Of a DNA stretch of 64,000 bases, positions 14,150 to 29,390 are shown piece by piece. This DNA comes from Schmidtea polychroa (Eukaryota), in the NCBI GenBank assembly GCA_044892525.1, contig CM097885.1:24616001-24680000 (forward strand), read 5' to 3'. Each line of letters begins with the position of its first letter. Positions within the stretch are counted from its first letter, which is position 1. The position numbers and the translations under genes were made by a program. Below the pieces are notes generated by a model. That model was not told where the DNA came from. It worked only from the letters and a program-made list of their open reading frames with translations, and ran no database searches.

Positions 14150-16578
14150 TTGTAAATGATATACATTAAATGAGTAACAATAATAATAATAATAATAATT
14201 TAATGATAAAAAATAATAATAAATCACAGTACCAAGTAGCACATTTGAAATCACTATCGATGCAGCAATCAAAATAATAAAATAAAATAGCATAAAGTAA
14301 AATGGTACTCACAATGTAATATACTATTGCATGTATACGAAATGAGCGAAAACAAGATATTACATTTTATCTAGAATTTTGTGCACTAAATAAATGGGCA
14401 AAATGGACAAAAACCGGCTCAATATTTTATATTGCAGAAAACCTACTCTCATTGAGTGGATGAAAGTACTTATCACTTTTAATTCACGAAATACATTTTA
14501 CCATATTGCTATAATATTTAAAAACAGCTTCTGTCACACCTGACAATATTTTTACGTGATTTACATCGGGAAAACAGTTGCATATTTGAGTCGAACTTTA
14601 TGTCTGTTTATTTGTCAAATGAAAAATAGTTACCATGATAAAATTTAAGTGGTCTTCAAACTGTTCCATGGAACCTTGGGAATCCACAAAATCCCCTAAA
14701 GGGTTCCATAAGCATGTATAAAATATTCATAAAAAAGATGAAAATTAATAAAAAAAATAAAGCTTTGTGAATTGCCCAAACAATCCTGTGGCGTTCATTT
14801 TTATACACTTGCTGACACATTAATGCGTCACTAGTAGTGTGAATGCGGTTGTGGAAGAGTGGATTACTGTTCGAAAGTCAAACTACATTATGAGCTCATT
14901 ATTCAAGTTCTTAAATATTACTATTAGCCAGCATTTAAAATATGAAATTTCAGGTGTTTTTATGAATTTTATGAAATTAATTGGAATTATTTCGATATAA
15001 TGTAAGTCGAATTTTGTCATTTTCTGTATATCTATGAAAATATTAATTTATTAAAATAATTTAAATTTACGATTTGCGAATTTCTTTCTGCAAATCAAAA
15101 GATGTCAAAGGTCCTTCAATATTTGAAATGCTACCTTCACACAAAAGCAGCAGAAATATCTGTTATACTGTAAAATATTTGAATGCTTTGTAATTTAATG
15201 AATAAATCTTACATTGTCAGATTTTCACCTTCGGAAAAGGTAATGTATCCGAGAAATATCTGTAAATCTAAAGTATATATTATAAATTATTTTATAATTA
15301 AATTTTACGATGTATTTTCGTCTTTTTCTCTGAAGCTCAAGGTAGAGCTGTCGGATTCTGAATTAAAAGTATTTTCCTGCCCAACTTTTTAATCATTTGA
15401 AAATAATTGTATGTTAACAATGTGTTAATGGTTATTTATTTCGGAACAAAAAACGCTATAATAAATTTGCATGCATTTTTCATTATGTGTTTTGTGTTGG
15501 TATGTTCAATTATTTTTCTCTCACCTTCACTAATCCTATAATAAAGTTATTAAATTTCTGAACATTAAATTTCTACACCAAACACCACTGAGATACGTTC
15601 TATATAGTGGTGGTTGGCGTGTAGAGCAATTTCTCTCACCGATTCAGTCACCGATTTACTCATCATCACATTTACTTACTGTATTCATTCATCATGAATT
15701 GGAAATTTATTTTAGCCATTTTACAAATGGCTTTCAGGTAAGATATTAAATTTAACACATTACAGTCCGCTAATTTCGCGCGGAACTTTATATTGAGTCC
15801 GGCAGGTTTCGTAAAAAACTTATAAAAAACTACGCCTTCATTAAAATTGTAATAACTCCTAAACCAGCGCACGTAAGTCAATGAAATTTTTATGAAGCGT
15901 CGAGTATGGTTTGCCGCATACGTTTGAATGATCAAATCAAAGATTTACAACTTAGTATTTTTGCATTCAAAAATTTAATATATATCGATAGAAAAAAATA
16001 ATTTATTTCCAGGTTTATTTTATTTAAAACCTAACATTTTTATGCCGAGGTTAAATTTGATTCATTACAATTGTCCAAAAAGAACAGGCACTAGGAGAAA
16101 TGAAACGGCATCAAAAATATTCGAAATAAACCTGGTCCCACGGTCATTATAAAAATACCTTTTTTTGCATATATTTTTAACTTTCTACGAAGGATATTGT
16201 TTAGAAAATTTTAGTGCTGTCTCACAATTAGAATACTAATCCTGCCATAGGTCACACTTAGTGAAATTACCGATCTACCCGGATAATATTTATCTATATT
16301 TTTCAGGTAGTGTCCCTTTTTTAAAGTTTTTGAAGGGATACTAGTTTAAATTTAGGATTTAAAGGAATACTAGCCGAGCCTACGGCCAGTATCCTCACGT
16401 AACTCAAAAAGTTCGCGTTCTATAACTTTATAATTCTTCTCCGCGATTAAAAGTTTTATAAAATTGTTTAAAAAACATTGCTTAATTGTGTGTGTAAAAA
16501 TTTGTGTTCAACCTGGCGACTTGTTTTGTTATTTGTGATTTTTTGTTTGTGTTTTTTCATTTCTCTACCCCAAAAAAT

Positions 16579-18120
16579 ATGGAAAACAGAGATGAGACAT
16601 TTATCAGTGAACTCTATGAAGACGATTTATCCGATGTGCCAAATGATTCTGAAGTTGATATTGACATGGATAGTGACGGTGATTTGTCTTCTTTCATCAC
16701 CTCGCATGCCACGCGTGTGATGCATCTTTCTTCTTCAGATGATAAAAGCGAAGATTGGACCAACAATGATATTACAAGAAATAATAATGATTTTGAAGGA
16801 GATCCTGGTGTAAAAGTGCTTCCAGAAGATGTTACAAATGTCGAAGATGTGGCCGGATTATTTATTGGAGAAAATTTATTCGAATTAATTGCCACTGAAA
16901 CTAATAAATACAGATCTCAAAATTACCACAAATATAAGGTGATATCACATACACCACCATGGATAGATGTTACAGTAAAAGAGTTAAAAAAATGGTTCGC
17001 TTTGGGAATCATTATGGGTCCGAAAAGGTGTTTTGAATGACTATTGGTCATCAAATAAATTTATTGAAACACCAATATTTGGAAAAACATTGAGCAGAAA
17101 TCGATTCAAGGATATTCTAAAGTTTCTCCATTTCAACGACAACGAGGAAATTTCACAAGATACTAATAGATTCGTAAAAGTGCAAATGATAGTGAAGTAC
17201 TTCGTGAAAAAGTTTAATGAGCTATATAAACCTAAGCAAAATCTCTCTCTGGATGAGGGAATGATCCCTTGGAGGGGTCGATTTAATTTGCGGTATACAA
17301 CCCAATGAAAATAATAAAATACGGCATATTGAATCGAATGGTATGCGAAGCGGACACCGGATACATTTGCAATTTCAAATTGTAGACAGCCGACGGATCA
17401 AATTTGTTATCTACAGTGATGTCTGTGTTGGAAAATAATTTGGATATGTGGCATCACATATTTGCCGATAATTTTTATAATAGTACTAACTTAGCCACTG
17501 AATTGCTAACAAGAAAAACACTAATTTGGCGAACACTCCGACAAAACAGAGGAATACCTGACGCTTTAAAAAATATACGTCTTTCAATTTTCGAGACAAA
17601 ATTTCAACGAAAAGGCGAAATTTTAATTCAACTCTGGAAAACTGTGAAGAAGCGAGATGTTAGTATGATATCTACCATACACAACGCCGAGCTCATGGTT
17701 ATTGGGAAGAATGACTGGATCCCAATAAAAAAACCTCGGTGCATTATTGATTATAATAATTCAATGCAAGGGGTTGATCTCGCCAACCAATATCTGTCTT
17801 ATTACTCCATATTCAGAAAAACCAAAAAATTGACGAAGAAAGTTGTTTTCTACTTGTTGAACTGTGCTTTGTTTAACGGTTTCGTGGTGTATAAAAATTG
17901 TAATCCGGCGACAAAAATTAAATTCAAAGATTTTTTATTAAACACGGCAAAAGCATGGTTGGATGATAAATCTACTGAAAAAGTAGATGAAGAACAGCTT
18001 TCTACATCTTCTGGGCAGTCCTCCAGAGTTCGTTCAGATCCAGTAGATCGAATTTCGAAGAATTCAAAGAAGCATTACCCGGTAAAAATACCGAAAGAAG
18101 TAAACAAATCACAATATTAA
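16579..18120 (+). pseudogene. Decayed piggyBac (PGBD4-like) transposase
   Basis: Acidic N-terminus, SLDEGMIPWRGR, KYGI, ADNFYNS and YNNSMQGVDLANQ across three frames; truncated; termini not found. Confidence 0.88.
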
Positions 18121-18591
18121 AGAAAGGTCGCAGCTAGCTATTTCCAATTGTAATTTCAATTCACAATGGATAAATAGAATATTATCTCAAAAACATTTAT
18201 GATCAATTATCAACGATTCCTGTGATATCAACATAGTCTGAAATAGTCTTTTCATCAGTCGAATATTTGCAATAAACAAATATCTGGTCTAAAGGATAAA
18301 ACATTAAATAAGTTATTATAATAACTTTTATTTCTTTCAATTTCACTACTGATTATTTTTTCCATTGAATTTATTAAAAAGAGTATCAACAAACATCGAT
18401 ATATTACTGATTTATAGTCTTCAAACTCTCTTTTTAATAAATTAAATAAGTTGTTTTTCCTTTAAAAATCAATAAAAGTACATTTGTTTAATGAAATACA
18501 ATATCGGAAATGCGATGATTGGATACCATAATTGCAACCATATCACAGCAATTTCAAAATTGCTAAGCTTCTCGAACCCTATTATTCATTA

Positions 18592-19490
18592 CACCAAACA
18601 CCACTGAGATACGTTCTCTATAGTGGTGGTTTGCGTGTAGAGTGATTGCTCACTCACCAATTTTATACTGATGTTGATGATAAATTGTTGTTGAGCAAAG
18701 TTGTCAGTAATTTGTTTTACGTATGTTTTACATCATGAAATTTATTTTAGCCATTTTAGAAATGGTTTTCAGGTAAGATATTAAATTTAAAGTAAATTTT
18801 AATTCTTGAATTTTGATCCATATGGATATGAGATCATTATTCAAGTTCTTAAATATTACTTTTTATCAACAATATAATTATAAATTATTTTTAATTAATT
18901 TTCAGGCTTTTTAGGAATTTTATGTCTTTTATTAAAGTATTTTGGAATTATTTCGAAAAAATGTGAGTCCGATATATTTTTAATTATAATTAATTAAATA
19001 AATAAATCAATCAATGTATTTTTTTAAAACATTTTGGGAAAAATCGCTGATTGGAATAATTTTTTAATTTTTGTAATTTTTTTTCTGAGCTCAATATGAG
19101 GGGATTCTTAAAGGAAATCAAATCTGGAGTAAAAAGATTTTGAACCAAATTCATCTGCTCTTGATATTTTCATTAAAAATATAATTTAAAAAATTTTCAA
19201 CGATCTTTTTTTTCTAAAAATTGTCTAAAGTAGAATTATTATAGAAACGTATCTCATCGTTACAATTTTACGAATCATAAGTTTGTATGTGTTTTTTATT
19301 ATGTGTTGTGCTTGTGTGCATTTTTTAATTTTCCTTCCACTTTTCAGATTTCTATAATATAAGATGTATCTCATTGAGATATAAATGAGAACATCAACAT
19401 GAAATCAAAGTAAGTATTTATGTTTCTATAATGTAAGATTATTGATTTTTTTGTTATATTATAGGAAATGCATCTCAGTGGTGTTTGGTG
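18592..19490. mobile_element. Non-autonomous TA-flanked TIR element (Tc1/mariner-like)
   Basis: TIR CACCAAACACCACTGAGAT at both ends, flanked by TA. Related full copy at 59327-60198 and partial copies near 15575 and 56130. Confidence 0.85.
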
Positions 19491-20418
19491 TAGTAACATC
19501 AATATTATAGGATCATATTTAGAATTTCAATATTAAACTGTTAGATGCAAATCTAGATATTTACGATTGAATTTAGGTTTAAAATAATCAATTATATCTA
19601 TATTTCTCAAATGTATGTGTGTGTGTCCTCCTATCCATAGCCTCAGTTTACATCCAAATTTCACCAAATTTAGCAGGCATACTTCTAATACAAAACATTG
19701 GTCAGCTGGAAATAAAATCAATATTTGCTAAAAAAATCCAATTTTGAATAAATTAGGTTTGCGGCCACTACCAAATAAGGATGTGTTAACTTGTGTAATT
19801 AAACTTGTAATATGCATCAAATATTTGTTTTGTGATCGTCCTAAATCAGAGTTAATTGAACAAAATCAATTGAAATCTAACATAATTCTGTTGCCATTCC
19901 TAAATTGGGCAATTATTGGTTATGTAACAACAATAGAAACATTTGAAGATGAACGAAATAATAGGTTATCCATATTATTTAACTTTTATCCCCTCTTCCA
20001 TTTTTTAATTTTTATCATTTAATTTTACTATATAGTAGATCTGTTAGATTATATTCGAGTAAAAAAGCTTTTCACAGCCTCCAAAAATATTCTATTGGAC
20101 TGAGTTTGAAGTCCACCGTCATATAGGAAGAATGATTTGGCAGATTTCCTCAAATAGCAATGTATTGTCATGTTTGAGATAATTAGGCTACATTTTCTGT
20201 CGGTAACTTGTCGCTATCTCTAAAGGTTTTATTAATCTATGCTTATAATATAACAAAAAACTACATTTCAGTTTACAATATCATTAAAAATGCAAATGAG
20301 ATAAGATTTATTCAAAAGCATTATTGTTAAATTAGCACTGCAAAAGCAATACCAAAAATCTGACATGTAAATGTCTTAACCCTTTTCGAAAATGCAATAT
20401 TGCTACACTGACCCTGCA

Positions 20419-20544
<126 letters not shown>

Positions 20545-21271
20545 AGCGATGTTCTGCAAAATTATTTTTCTGACGAATATTTTTTTCTATCCTTTAAATA
20601 TTGGCATAATGGACATATTTTTCCTTTACTGTCCCCTACCAAATTAGGACTAGCTTGAGCTAAAAGTGCAGGTTCCATGACGATATCATAGATTCTCTTT
20701 TTATATGATATCTTGAACTTTATTTTACCAAATCAACCGACAGTTATTGCACAGTTAATGCACAGACAGTTAATGTAATAAAATGCCAGTCAGTACCGAA
20801 TTTATTAGTAAGCTAAATAGATAAAAGCTTTTCAAGGGTTCGGATTTCGGGACATTTTAAGAAAAAAATTGAACAGGGAAAAACTTTATGATGATTGAAA
20901 TTCACCTCGGGCGATCAAAGGTTTCCAAAATGGTTACCAGTTTTCATAGCCTGTTTACATTTTGAATTGTTTGAAAGCGATAAAGAAAATCTAGACTCTA
21001 CAATTTTCCATTGGACAATTTATACATTGTCATGATTATTTTGAGCATTTGGATCGTTTTCCTGTAATAAATTATTTAAATTTTTATTAGCTTTGGTACG
21101 TTTAAACACAAATCTATACCTTATTGAAAATTGAAGAATTGAAAAAATTATGGAACAGGCTTCGATTTTTTATTAGCTTAAGGCCAAAAATATATAAATC
21201 CGGCCCTGGTAGAAAAGCTAATGAGAGATTTAAATAAATATGTGATGGTCGAATAATTTATAATTTGTTTT

Positions 21272-21483
21272 CAATTGCGGCTCGTACTCAAAAGTTTTGT
21301 GCAAGCAATAAAAAAAAATTCAAAAAAAATTGTATTTATATCAAAACTCAATTCTTCTTGTTTTTCTACAAAATTCTTTAATTTCTAAATCATAAAAATT
21401 GTCTTTAGTAGGCAAAAGTTAGAATTTCTCAAAATTGAAGTACAAGCAATGCTTGCATTGCTTATATGGACGAGCCACCACTG
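21272..21483. mobile_element. hAT-type MITE (212 bp)
   Basis: Imperfect TIRs CAATTGCGGCTCGT / ACGAGCCACCACTG; 8-bp TSD TTTGTTTT. Confidence 0.75.
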
Positions 21484-22792
21484 TTTGTTTTAATTTCCTG
21501 TTCTATTTCGAAAATATTATCGATTTCTACGAAAATATTGATTGGTAAGGACATTCGATAATTATTATTGGAAATCACATTCAATTATTTCAATGGACAG
21601 GAAATGATTTGGAACATTAAATAATAGATTTTCCATTTCGTTAATTAAAAAATTATATTATCTTTTGATAGAATTATCCGACAAATTTGTCGATGGGATA
21701 ATTCGAGAGCGATAAATCATTTCATTTTTCTTTGATTAAAAAAAGAGATTTTTTACCAATTATATTTTATTGAAATTTATTTTCAAAAAAAGATTTATTC
21801 AATTTAATAGAATTTAAAAATTCTCATTAATTAGATTTTAGGCGTTTGATAGGGATTTTTCTTTTCAATTCCGGTTAGAAATTGTTTGAAAGAATTTTGA
21901 AATTAATTTTTTATCAGCTATTCGCATTAGGGAGACCAACACTGTCATTTTGACCCCGAGACTCCGAGTTAACAATCAAATTCTTCGGGTTGGGTCGGTA
22001 GGTTTATTCGAATTTGACATGGGTTAAAATTGAAACAGTCGACCCCACAGACAGTGCATTCGTCGGGAGAATGACAGTCTGTATAATGTATAATTTTTAG
22101 AAAATAATGTATAATGCATTTTGGAATTTGCTTTATAATTTTTATTTTTTCTGATTTACTTACTATGAATTGAATATATTGTGTAAATTTAAATAGACAT
22201 GTTTCTACTACCTCCTCGCTTTTCTACAACAAAAAGTCTTCTTTTCTGCGAATAAACATCAACGTAATCTTGGCAACCATAATTAGCACTTATTCTGCCA
22301 TTTCATGACTATTGATTACTTCATATCTAAACAAATTATCATTTCTTATATTGTACACAATTTCCAAATTCAATTTACTATAAGCAGAAAAATATTTACA
22401 GTGCTCAATGTATATACATATACTTATTAGTGGCATACAGTTATAATCTCGTGACCAATGAGAAATAAATCTGGTTCTTTCCATATCTATTAAAATAAAA
22501 AATGAGCACACTATTTTGTTTATTTTCTATACAACCATAAAAATTTTCACGTGTCCTACTTACAAAATGTATTTTTAGGATATTCAACTTGATATTATAT
22601 AACATCACATAGATAATTGGGAGTTTACTCTATACACAGTTTTCACAGCTAACATTTGTTTTGTACTTTTGCGAGGAATCGTTTTATTTTACATTGATTG
22701 ACACATTACTGATATTTCGTCAACCCCATCATTATTAGTAAATATAAATACAAATTTACTTTTATTCTCACTAATATCATCCATTTTTCCAG

Positions 22793-23121
22793 AAATGTTT
22801 TCCAACGAGGAGACAAGGTCACACTATGCAACAACCAATATCTATGCCATAGATGCATACAAAAACAAAACAATGTTCAAAAAAGTGAGCCGGAAACAAT
22901 TCAAAAGAAACCAGATGAAACTTTGACAATAAAAAAGGCGAACAATACAGAAGATCCAGATACCATGACAACTTCTTTAATATCAACCATTATCAGTGAT
23001 TCGAGTGAAAATGAATCTGCCACTCCAGAAAAAAGAAATTTAATTGACCGGTCAATTATTAACTCTTCAAAAATTTCAAAACTTGAAAGCACTTATTCTA
23101 AAAATGCGGGAAATGATTTCA
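22793..23121 (+). CDS. abLIM-like exon completing LIM2, plus a low-complexity linker
   Basis: ttccag|...|gtaaga; in phase with the 13327 exon, giving CLNVFQRGDKVTLCNNQYLCHRC. Confidence 0.85.
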
Positions 23122-23153
23122 GTAAGATTTTTAAATATTAATTTTGAGAACAT

Positions 23154-23383
<230 letters not shown>

Positions 23384-24017
23384 GTTATAACAATAAATAA
23401 ATTCAGCTATAACATAAACTATCGAATTTATGATAATGATTTTAATTTCTACAATAATCTCTCATTAGTAAAATCCCGAAAATTCATTACAGACATTTCT
23501 CCCTGAATTTTAATATTAAATCACATTAAGCAGCAAGAGCGCTCACGGGCATTCAATAATTACATTTATCGATTATCTACTATTCTGATGGCATATTTTT
23601 GGAATTAATTTCTTTTTATTTTTTGGGATTATTTCAAAGTTCTTATTGTGAACAAATTGTTTCCCAAATCAAAAAATGGAAAACTTTATGGAGAAAACCT
23701 AAATAAATATTAATTTATAATTTATTTGTATAAACACGACGAAAAAAAATATTTTAAGACGGACTCAAACAGTTCAAAATTTCGAGTTTTATGATACTTT
23801 ATTAATTTCGAACATTGGAAATATAAAATGAAGACGTTTGGAGTTAGTTGTTACTCAAATAGATTTTCATTATAAATAGACAAAAATTAATTAATATAAA
23901 ATGATAATAATTAATGCACTATAAAAATAAATAATTTGTAAACGTTAAGCATTGCAATGAAAAGGTTTTTGTCATATTTAGGTACTTATAATATTTCCAA
24001 TATTTCTTAAACAATTT

Positions 24018-24215
24018 TGGTACTTGTTCATTATCGGGACGCCCAGTTCATTATTCATTATATATACTCAGAATTTATCCGACAATATATTTTCTCCCCT
24101 TATGGGTAATGCTCACAATGGTACTGCTCACACTCAACAACTCAAAATATTATTATTATTACTTCACCGAATTTTTGAATAATGAACTGGGGGTCCCGAT
24201 AATGAGCAAGTACCA
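24018..24215. mobile_element. ~200-bp MITE with ~40-bp TIRs
   Basis: TGGTACTTGTTCATTATCGGGACGCCCAGTTCATTATTCA is inverted at the other end with 2 mismatches; TSD is only partial. Confidence 0.75.
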
Positions 24216-27157
24216 TCATTTTTGTTATAATGAAATATTTTCGATATTTATTTTTTAACAATCTCTTAAATGTTTAAACGAAATACCTATGTCCATGCGT
24301 AAATTTTGGTTAATTATTTTGGTCACAAGAATTTATTAAACGTCTATAAGTAAAAGTGAACACGTTGGCTCACCACTTAGTTGATGGGCAAAATAGGATT
24401 TTTGGAGGAAGATGAAGGAATGTGATCTACAAGCCTGGTGGTGAGTCCTTTTGAAGATGAAGGCAAAGAAGCGATTCGGCGAAAATGATATATAGTTAAT
24501 TTTATCTTACCTGATAATGTCAGGAAACTGTCGAAATATATCATAAAAGTATATTTTAGCGCCATTTCCTATATTTTCCTATATTTTCCTATATTTTCCA
24601 GGATTATCCAAGTTTCTTATTACAAGGAATTTCATATAGTAATGGGTCCCTGAATTTTATATGAGTAGCATATCCGTTAACTACTTTGTTCACTCTTGAT
24701 CGCCATAAATAAATTTTTTCAGGGTTTTTTTAATCTAATTGTCTTATTGGATTTTCATTGAAAACTATTTATTAAATATTTTATTTGGGACATTTTCTTA
24801 ATTAATTAATTTTTATTTTTTCTCTTTTCTAATTATTTTCTATTATTTAATGATTTACGTCTATCAAACAAATTCATTGTCTTATAACAATAAAATCTGT
24901 AAACAATATCCTTAAAAATTAAACAAATATAAAAATTCGCATTTATATTTCGATTTTATCATAAAATTTTAGTTAGTTTAAACAAAATAAAAAGTTAATA
25001 TTGATAATTTTCAAGTGGTAAAAAACTCCACCAAATATATTTTTCTCTATAAGAAATCAAATCTAAAATTATTCCCAATTAACAACAATTTGATTTGATA
25101 TTTTATCGTTGATTTAATAAACTATTTCTCATCATATTGCTGAAATTTGTTGACATAAGGTAAACAGGGTGATGCTGGCTTAGGAAATTTATCATTTCAA
25201 TCTTTTTTCTTCTTGTTTATTTTTTTGGTGAATTATATCTGATTGGATAAATATCCCTATAAATAAATTTTTATTTTGTTGATTTACTATTATTTTATCT
25301 TTAAAACACCAGATAAACTTTGGGAATATTAAACAAAAGATTCGAAATCTATATTTTCAATTCTTTAGAAATATTTAAAAAAACTGTTGTGTCTATTAAA
25401 AGTACCAAAATAGTTATTATTTTTTAAAATATGTATAAAAATAAATCAAAAAATAAAAAGTACTACATAAAAACATTAATATTCTCGTATAAATCCTTTA
25501 ATTCAAGTTATTATTATTTCCTCCACTTCGTCTTAAACTTGGAAGACTGAGACCCTGCTGCTTCTCGATATGTAGGCCATTTTTATCATATAATTATATC
25601 TAAACTCTCCTAATTGATGAATTTCTTCGCTAGAGAGGTTAGCAATTTCGGGGGTATAATCATTTATTAATAAATTAGAATTTGGATTTAGACCAGAATA
25701 ACCTCAAAACAAACTGACGGGAGTGTCATTAACAGCTCGATGAAATTTAATGTTATATTCATAAATCATTCTTACATAAATTTCCGTTAACCATAAAGTT
25801 TACATAAGAGTTGTATTCTGCTTCCGTATTTATTTGAATTCTTGCAGGCATTAAAATTATAAAAAGAATATTACATCTTTAAAATCGATTTATAATTTAT
25901 TTAAAAAAATTATAATAATTTTGGTATTTTTATTAGGCACCACATGTTTAAAAAAACACTAATATGTTTATCGGGGAGTTTAAATTCATAATGAGTCGAG
26001 TGCAAAGTTCCAAATTTAATTAAAATTTGGAAAAAAGAAAAATCAATATTTCTCCTGAGGAAAGGGTATGTGCTGGTAGGAAATGAAAAGATTACTACGA
26101 ATATAATAATTTTAAATCGATGAAAGTTCCCATTACAAAATACAAACTAATAAATAAAATTGAAAAAAATCAGTGGTGAAATTGGAAAAAAAAGTTCTTA
26201 TAATAATGAAAATATTGTTAATCATTCTAAAAAAAAATCCCCAAGCTTGAAAAACATAATAATTTTATTTTATTTATTCTCGATAAATATTTAGGACAAT
26301 AAAATACGATAATGCTTGAAATTGAATTGAATAATGTCGGTTTGGTCCTAGGTAAGAAAAGGTAAAGTTAGCCTAATTTGTCGAAGACAAACAATATTAA
26401 AATTTCCGAATAGTGTTAATATCAGAGATTGTTTAGAACTGTTGGTCAGATTCTTAAAGAACTAAATAGTCTTCTGTTCAAACTTTTATTACTGAACGAT
26501 TGAATCTTTCCTATTACTACTATATTTGAAATAAAACATTTTTATTTTGGGTTTTGTCATTTTAATATAAAGTACATGGGCAGTCAGATTAAAATTTATT
26601 TCCAGTCAAATTTAACACAAATGAAAATTGTCAATTATTTTAGATAGAATCCAAATTTTAGAAAGAAAAATGACGTGTATTTATAAAAAAAAATTACACT
26701 AGGACATAGTTCTGAAAATTTTGATATTGATAATGACTTAATAGAGCAAAATCAGATGTTTTTTAAATGTCCGGGGGCAATTGAAAACTGTCTTCATTAG
26801 AAGCAAGAAAGGCAAAGCATATAATATATAAATATTAAATAAGAATACAGTCATTTCCGGAGTTGTTTTTAATTATTTTATGAGGCGCTGGGCATTATAG
26901 ATTTGGTTCCCTAAATATTTATAGAATTTATGCTTATTAAGAACAAACAACCAAGATTATCGAAAAATATTTATATATATGTTCTAAAATTAGTTATAAA
27001 TTTTGCAAAAGTCATTATTGGAATTTATTATTTATTAAAAATATCAACATTTACGTCAGTAAATATTCTTTAATGTGTAATATTTGTTTTTTATATGTAT
27101 TATTTATGTAATAATTTTAATTTTGTCTATTAATTACATATTTTAAAGAAAATAAAG

Positions 27158-27222
<65 letters not shown>

Positions 27223-27239
27223 ATAAATTTTATTTTTAG

Positions 27240-27274
27240 ACTCCGAATCAGAATGTTTAAGCATCAGAACGGAG
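27240..27274 (+). CDS. Candidate 35-nt micro-exon of the abLIM-like gene
   Basis: tttttag|...GAG|gtaata; bridges phase 1 to phase 0 (NSESECLSIRTE). Confidence 0.55.
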
Positions 27275-28017
27275 GTAATAATAATTAATTTATAACTTAA
27301 ATATAAAATTTATTTATAATTTGAAACAAGAATTTTTTATTATATAACAAAAACAGCATCAAATTTTCATTTTTAATCATTTCACTTATGATTAATAATT
27401 CATTTATTTTATTCCACGTAATTGCAACTAATGCTGTTTAATTTCCCAAAATATTTTATATGAAATTTTGAAACTTTCTATATTTTTTGCTTATATTGCT
27501 TGCTATTGGAATGAAATTTAGCCTTTATCCTTACTGTAAAAATTCTGGTGATGATCAACGAGAGGGTTTCTGTACCTCTGAGACTCGGTAACACGCATCA
27601 AAAATCGTTTTAAACACGAAAATCTATTTCATTAAACGTTTCACATCAAATAAAGTTGTGCGAGTTTACAAAAAATAATAATTCTTATAAATAGATATTT
27701 AGTTACGCAAAAAATATAAATTATTTAACTAGCCATTTTATCTTGTTTTCTGTCCACGCTTTTGTTATTTCTATTTTCATTGCTCTCTTCCTGTAGAAAA
27801 TTGGATTATATATTTAGAATCCCAATTGTCAGTCAATATGAAACGAAATTTGACAGAATCTTTCTAATCTGAATAAATAAATTTGTTTATCAGCATATGA
27901 GATAAACATAAAAGAAATGACTGCTTTAAAATGCTTTTTTGATCATTTTTGTAAATCAGAAATGATTTATTACAAACTTTTATTTATATTCACTTGTTTT
28001 TTAAATAGTTAGAGTTG

Positions 28018-28137
<120 letters not shown>

Positions 28138-28283
28138 TGGTGATATTCGAATTTTTTAACAACCGGTACACATGGAAAAAAATCTATTGTAGGTTATATT
28201 TACTTCATAATAGTTATTTATTTACATATTTACATAAGAAATACATATATTATATATAATAGTATAAAAAATAGTATATAAAA

Positions 28284-28500
28284 TTAATTAAATAATTTCC
28301 AAATTAAATTTTGGTTTTGGGACGGCAAATTAGGTGCGGCTGCTTTGACACGTTTGTCACTTGCCATATGATGCCCTTCTCGCAACCATAATTTAACATA
28401 TGGTGTTGCATCAAAATCCTCAATCGATTTTCCCATTAAATTTATTGTCATTAAATGACTTGTTGTTTCAATTAACAACGAATTTCTCTTATCATAAATG
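28284..28500 (-). pseudogene. 3' end of the hAT transposase, separated by the Polinton insertion
   Basis: IYDKRNSLL...IWKLFN* continues in frame from ERGLSTMNNI at 43524 once the insertion is removed. Confidence 0.9.
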
Positions 28501-28771
28501 AGTAGTGTGGTTATATACCCAACCAAAACAGCCCCCCAACAAAAACATGCCTCCAAATCACTTAAGCTATAGTATTTTAGCCCTATATTTTGAAAACAAC
28601 CACCCTTAATGACTCTAACTGTTTTAATCTTTAAAGCCTCAAACTCAAAAGCTTCAAACTAAAAAGAGAATAGAAAAGAAAATGGCATTATGAAAAAGTT
28701 AGAGGGCTATTTGATCTTTATCAGATTATTGATTTTAAATTATATAAATTAAAAAATAAATGAAAAATAGT

Positions 28772-28840
28772 AAAACTGCTCTGAGGGGACAGTGGTATTT
28801 TTTTTTTTTTTTTTTCACTGTCCCCTCAACAGTTTTTTTT
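28772..28840. other. Strong hairpin in the TIR with a poly-T loop (mirror copy at about 43160-43221)
   Basis: TGAGGGGACAGTG (28782-28794) pairs with CACTGTCCCCTCA (28816-28828); outer AAAACTG/CAGTTTT; followed by a T tract. Confidence 0.85.
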
Positions 28841-29066
28841 GATCCGGATCATTTTTTTTTTATTCAACCTCTTTCGTTTATCGAATCTCTTCCAATATAC
28901 AAGCTGGTCAGGCTCATAATCAGAATCAATTCGATAATAGCAGCACACCTTATTATTCGCTTCTCGCTCGAATACGATTTCATCGGCGTTTTAAGTATGC
29001 TGCTCGAAAGTACAAATGAATTCGAAAGCGAATCCGAAAGAGGTCCGAAAACAACCGAGAAATAAA

Positions 29067-29140
29067 TGTGCACATTACCGGGATCGATCCGGGGGTGTTC
29101 GAAAGACAGGTGGCGATAATTACCGGTTCGCCACCATCAC
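29067..29140 (-). ncRNA. tRNA-derived Pol III-type cassette B (Asp-like), left TIR
   Basis: A box TGGCGAACCGG; CCTGTC at the anticodon position; T arm CCGG-ATCGATC-CCGG; T4 downstream. Confidence 0.55.
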
Positions 29141-29316
29141 CCGTTTCAATATTTTTTTTTGATATTTATGTTTAAAAAATAATTAATTAATAAAAAAATA
29201 AAATAAAATAAAATAAATAAAATAAAATATACAAGTACTTTATAAATATAAGATACCCACACTATTTTCAATATTATTTTCAAATTTTTAATATTATTTT
29301 ATGTTGAAAAAAAAAC

Positions 29317-29390
29317 TAACCTCAGATGTGATTTGAACCGCTAGCATTTTGAACCACTGTGTCAGTCTAGCCCACTGCGCCATCAAGGTT
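29317..29390 (-). ncRNA. tRNA-derived Pol III-type cassette A (Trp-like ends), left TIR
   Basis: A box TGGCGCAGTGG; B box GGTTCAAATC; AACCTT/GAGGTT terminal stem; T9 terminator. Confidence 0.65.

Noticed and set aside
28760..29073. ORFs inside the TIRs (and at 42918-43178)
   Set aside because: Frames differ between the two TIR copies, they run through homopolymers, and they show no motifs.
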